Of a DNA stretch of 42,468 bases, positions 40,304-42,468 are shown piece by piece. Position 1 is the stretch's first letter. Every line of letters starts with the position of its first letter. The position numbers and the translations under genes are program-made. The stretch comes from Bacilli bacterium (GTDB lineage: Bacteria > Bacillota_I > Bacilli_A > RF39 > UBA660), in the NCBI GenBank assembly GCA_017397745.1, contig JAFQIC010000049.1, forward strand, positions 1 to 42,468, written 5' to 3'. Below the pieces are notes generated by a model. That model was given only the letters and a program-made list of their open reading frames with translations. It made no database searches and was not told where the DNA came from.

Positions 40304-41082
40304 TGAAAGAATTTGCTTATAAAAAATCATTAGGACAAAACTTTTTAAAAGATAAAAGTGTAATAAATAAAATTATAGATTCTGCGGATATAACCGTAGA
40401 TTCTTTAATATTAGAAATTGGTCCTGGAAGTGGGGCATTAACTAAAGAACTTGTTAAAACAAAAGGGAAAGTAGTTGCATTTGAAATTGATGAAAGACTT
40501 AAAGAAGAATTAAGTAAAATAGAAAGCAATAACTTAGAAGTAATATATGGCGATTTTTTAAAAATTGATTTAAAAGAAGTTCTTAATAAATATAATTATA
40601 AAAAACTACATTTAATTGCTAATCTTCCATATTATATAACTACACCTATTATAATGAAAATAATAAATGAAACAAAAATTGATGAAATGATTATAATGGT
40701 ACAGAAAGAAGTTGGATCAAGATTTAAGGCAAAACCAAATACTAAAGAGTATAATTCTTTAAGTGTTTTTTTGCAGTATTATTTTGATATAAAAACAGTA
40801 ACAATTGTAAATAAAAATTCATTTGTTCCTAAACCTAAGGTAGACAGTATTGTAGTAAGATTTTCTAAAAAATATAATAAAATAAAAGCAAATAATGAAA
40901 AAGTATTTTTTAAACTTGTTAAAGATTCTTTTACTTTTAAAAGAAAAAATTTAAAAAATAATTTAAAAGGTTATGACTTAAATAAAATAAATATAATTTT
41001 AAATAAATTTAATAAAGATTTAACATTTAGAGCTGAATCATTAAGTTTAGAAGAATTTATAGAAATTTCTAACAATATCTAA
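40303..41082 (+). CDS. rsmA: 16S rRNA (adenine1518/1519-N6)-dimethyltransferase
   Basis: Contains KKSLGQNFL, ILEIGPGSGALT and ANLPYYITTPI motifs. Confidence 0.96.
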   Translation: MKEFAYKKSLGQNFLKDKSVINKIIDSADITVDSLILEIGPGSGALTKELVKTKGKVVAFEIDERLKEELSKIESNNLEVIYGDFLKIDLKEVLNKYNYKKLHLIANLPYYITTPIIMKIINETKIDEMIIMVQKEVGSRFKAKPNTKEYNSLSVFLQYYFDIKTVTIVNKNSFVPKPKVDSIVVRFSKKYNKIKANNEKVFFKLVKDSFTFKRKNLKNNLKGYDLNKINIILNKFNKDLTFRAESLSLEEFIEISNNI

Positions 41083-41127
41083 TTATAAAATAAAAACTTT
41101 TATCATAAAATTTATGGGGTGAATATT

Positions 41128-41910
41128 GTGATAAAAATTGGAGATTATGTAACAAGAAAGTCATATAATCACGATTTAGTTTTTAAAGTTATTGGTATAA
41201 ACAATAATACTTATACTTTAAAAGGATTAGATGTTAGACTAATTGCAAATGCTGAAAAAGATGATTTAGTTATTGCTGAAAAAGAAAGATGCAAATTTGA
41301 TGATGAATTCATTAAAAAAAACTTAATTTTTGGACTTAATAGAAGCGATTATTTTTATATACCAGGAAAAATTCTACATTTAGATGGCGATAAAGAATAT
41401 TTGCAAAGATGTATGGACTTTTATAAAGAATCAGGAGTAATGGCAATTGGTAAAACTGTTAAAGAAGAGGATATGCATAAAGAAATAGTAAAACTTTTAA
41501 ATGATTATAATCCTGATATTGTTGTCATAACAGGACATGATGCATATTATAAGAAAAGAGTTGGTACTAATGATTTATATAAAAATAGTAGTAATTTTAT
41601 AAAATGTGTTAAAGAAATAAGAAAATATGAAAAAAGTAATGAAAATTTAATTGTTATCGCAGGAGCTTGTCAAAGTAATTATGAGGAACTTATAAAGAGT
41701 GGTTCAAACTTTGCATCAAGTCCTAAGAGAATAAACATTCATGCTTTAGATCCTGCTATAATTGCTGTATCTCTAAGTCTTCAAGAGAGAGAAAAAAATA
41801 TTGATTTAATAAATTTACTTGAGAAAACAAAATATGGAAAAGATGGTATAGGTGGAATAAAATCAAAAGGTATGATGTATACAGGATATCCTAGAGAAGA
41901 GGCATCATGA
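41128..41910 (+). CDS. yabG: Sporulation-specific protease YabG (peptidase U57)
   Basis: IKIGDYVTRKSYNHDLVFKVIGI parallels the B. subtilis YabG N-terminus. Conserved ITGHDA and GACQS motifs. GTG 41128 sits 5 nt after GGGGTGA. The track start at 41119 lacks a Shine-Dalgarno. Confidence 0.88.
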   Translation: MIKIGDYVTRKSYNHDLVFKVIGINNNTYTLKGLDVRLIANAEKDDLVIAEKERCKFDDEFIKKNLIFGLNRSDYFYIPGKILHLDGDKEYLQRCMDFYKESGVMAIGKTVKEEDMHKEIVKLLNDYNPDIVVITGHDAYYKKRVGTNDLYKNSSNFIKCVKEIRKYEKSNENLIVIAGACQSNYEELIKSGSNFASSPKRINIHALDPAIIAVSLSLQEREKNIDLINLLEKTKYGKDGIGGIKSKGMMYTGYPREEAS

Positions 41911-42119
41911 ATACAGATAAGGTTAAAAACAATATAGGTAATTTAATTGGTAAAAAAATAGTTGCTAAAGTTAATATGGGTAGAAATAAATTTGAAATAT
42001 TTGAAGGTATTATTTTAAATACATATCCAGCATTATTTACAATAAAAGTAAAAGAAGAAACAAAATCATTTTCTTATGCAGATGTGTTAACTAAAAATAT
42101 TATAATTAAAATTGCTTGA
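41907..42119 (+). CDS. veg: Veg protein
   Basis: 70 aa. Contains GRNKFEIFEGIILNTYPALFTIKV...FSYADVLT, typical of Veg. Follows yabG as in Bacillus. Confidence 0.9.
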   Translation: MNTDKVKNNIGNLIGKKIVAKVNMGRNKFEIFEGIILNTYPALFTIKVKEETKSFSYADVLTKNIIIKIA

Positions 42120-42178
42120 CTATAATTAAAAAGAATTGTAAAATTAATATAAGATTACTTAGAGGAGGAAATTAAACG

Positions 42179-42463
42179 ATGAAAATAACATCAGTAAACA
42201 TACGTAAAATTAATAAAGAAGGATCACGTATGAGAGGTATTGCTTCAGTTCTATTAGATGATGAATTTGCAGTACACGATATTAGAATAATTGAAGGAGA
42301 TAAAGGCTTATTCATAGCTATGCCAAGTAGAAAAACAGCTACTGGAAGTTATAGAGATATAGCTCATCCAATTTCACAAGAAGTTAGAAGTGTTTTTGAA
42401 AGAGAAATCTTAGATGCATATGAAAATGCAGATGATGAAACTACTTCAAGTGATGAAGAATAA
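42179..42463 (+). CDS. spoVG: Septation/sporulation regulator SpoVG
   Basis: MKITSVNIRKI...GIASVLLDDEFAVHDIRIIEGDKGLFIAMPSRKT...YRDIAHPI is a near-canonical SpoVG sequence, followed by an acidic tail. Confidence 0.95.
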   Translation: MKITSVNIRKINKEGSRMRGIASVLLDDEFAVHDIRIIEGDKGLFIAMPSRKTATGSYRDIAHPISQEVRSVFEREILDAYENADDETTSSDEE

Positions 42464-42468
42464 AAAAA

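Overview
This window is the replication-origin region of a very AT-rich, endospore-forming Firmicute, and its gene order closely follows the Bacillus subtilis ori region. All calls rest on motifs read from the ORF translations and the raw sequence; no database search was run.

Gene content:
- Minus strand, 0.2-15.5 kb: SGNH-fold protein, murA, mntP, spoIIR, prmC, a small zinc-ribbon ORF, prfA, rpoE, then (after a plus-strand class A PBP) noc, rsmG, mnmG, mnmE, jag, yidC, rnpA and rpmH.
- Plus strand, 15.8-42.5 kb: dnaA, dnaN, a comK-like gene, recF, gyrB, gyrA, a short SRP RNA, tadA, dnaX, ybaB, recR, bofA, holB, ricT, trmN6, rsmI, pth, mfd, spoVT, a T-box leader, dut, metG, tatD, a SleB-like hydrolase, rsmA, yabG, veg and spoVG. 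ppa sits on the minus strand between mfd and spoVT.
- rpmH and the SRP RNA are absent from the ORF track and were added by hand.
- No mobile element, CRISPR array, rRNA or tRNA gene, or recognisable defence system was seen.

Main observations:
1. Four perfect copies of the Noc-binding palindrome TATTTCCCGGGAAATA lie within 18 kb around oriC. One sits inside the rsmI coding sequence.
2. The only ParB-family gene here is Noc-like, lacks an N-terminal extension, carries a long acidic insertion, and is not followed by soj-spo0J.
3. Two parS-like sites are each paired with a Noc-binding site in the gyrA-ffs spacer.
4. A ComK-family gene occupies the dnaN-recF slot.
5. A T-box leader drives a dut-metG operon.
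6. An unassigned zinc-ribbon ORF is translationally coupled between prfA and prmC.
7. The SGNH-fold protein has all three catalytic positions replaced by Asn.
8. oriC is bipartite, with an identical 18-bp double DnaA box inverted on either side of dnaA.
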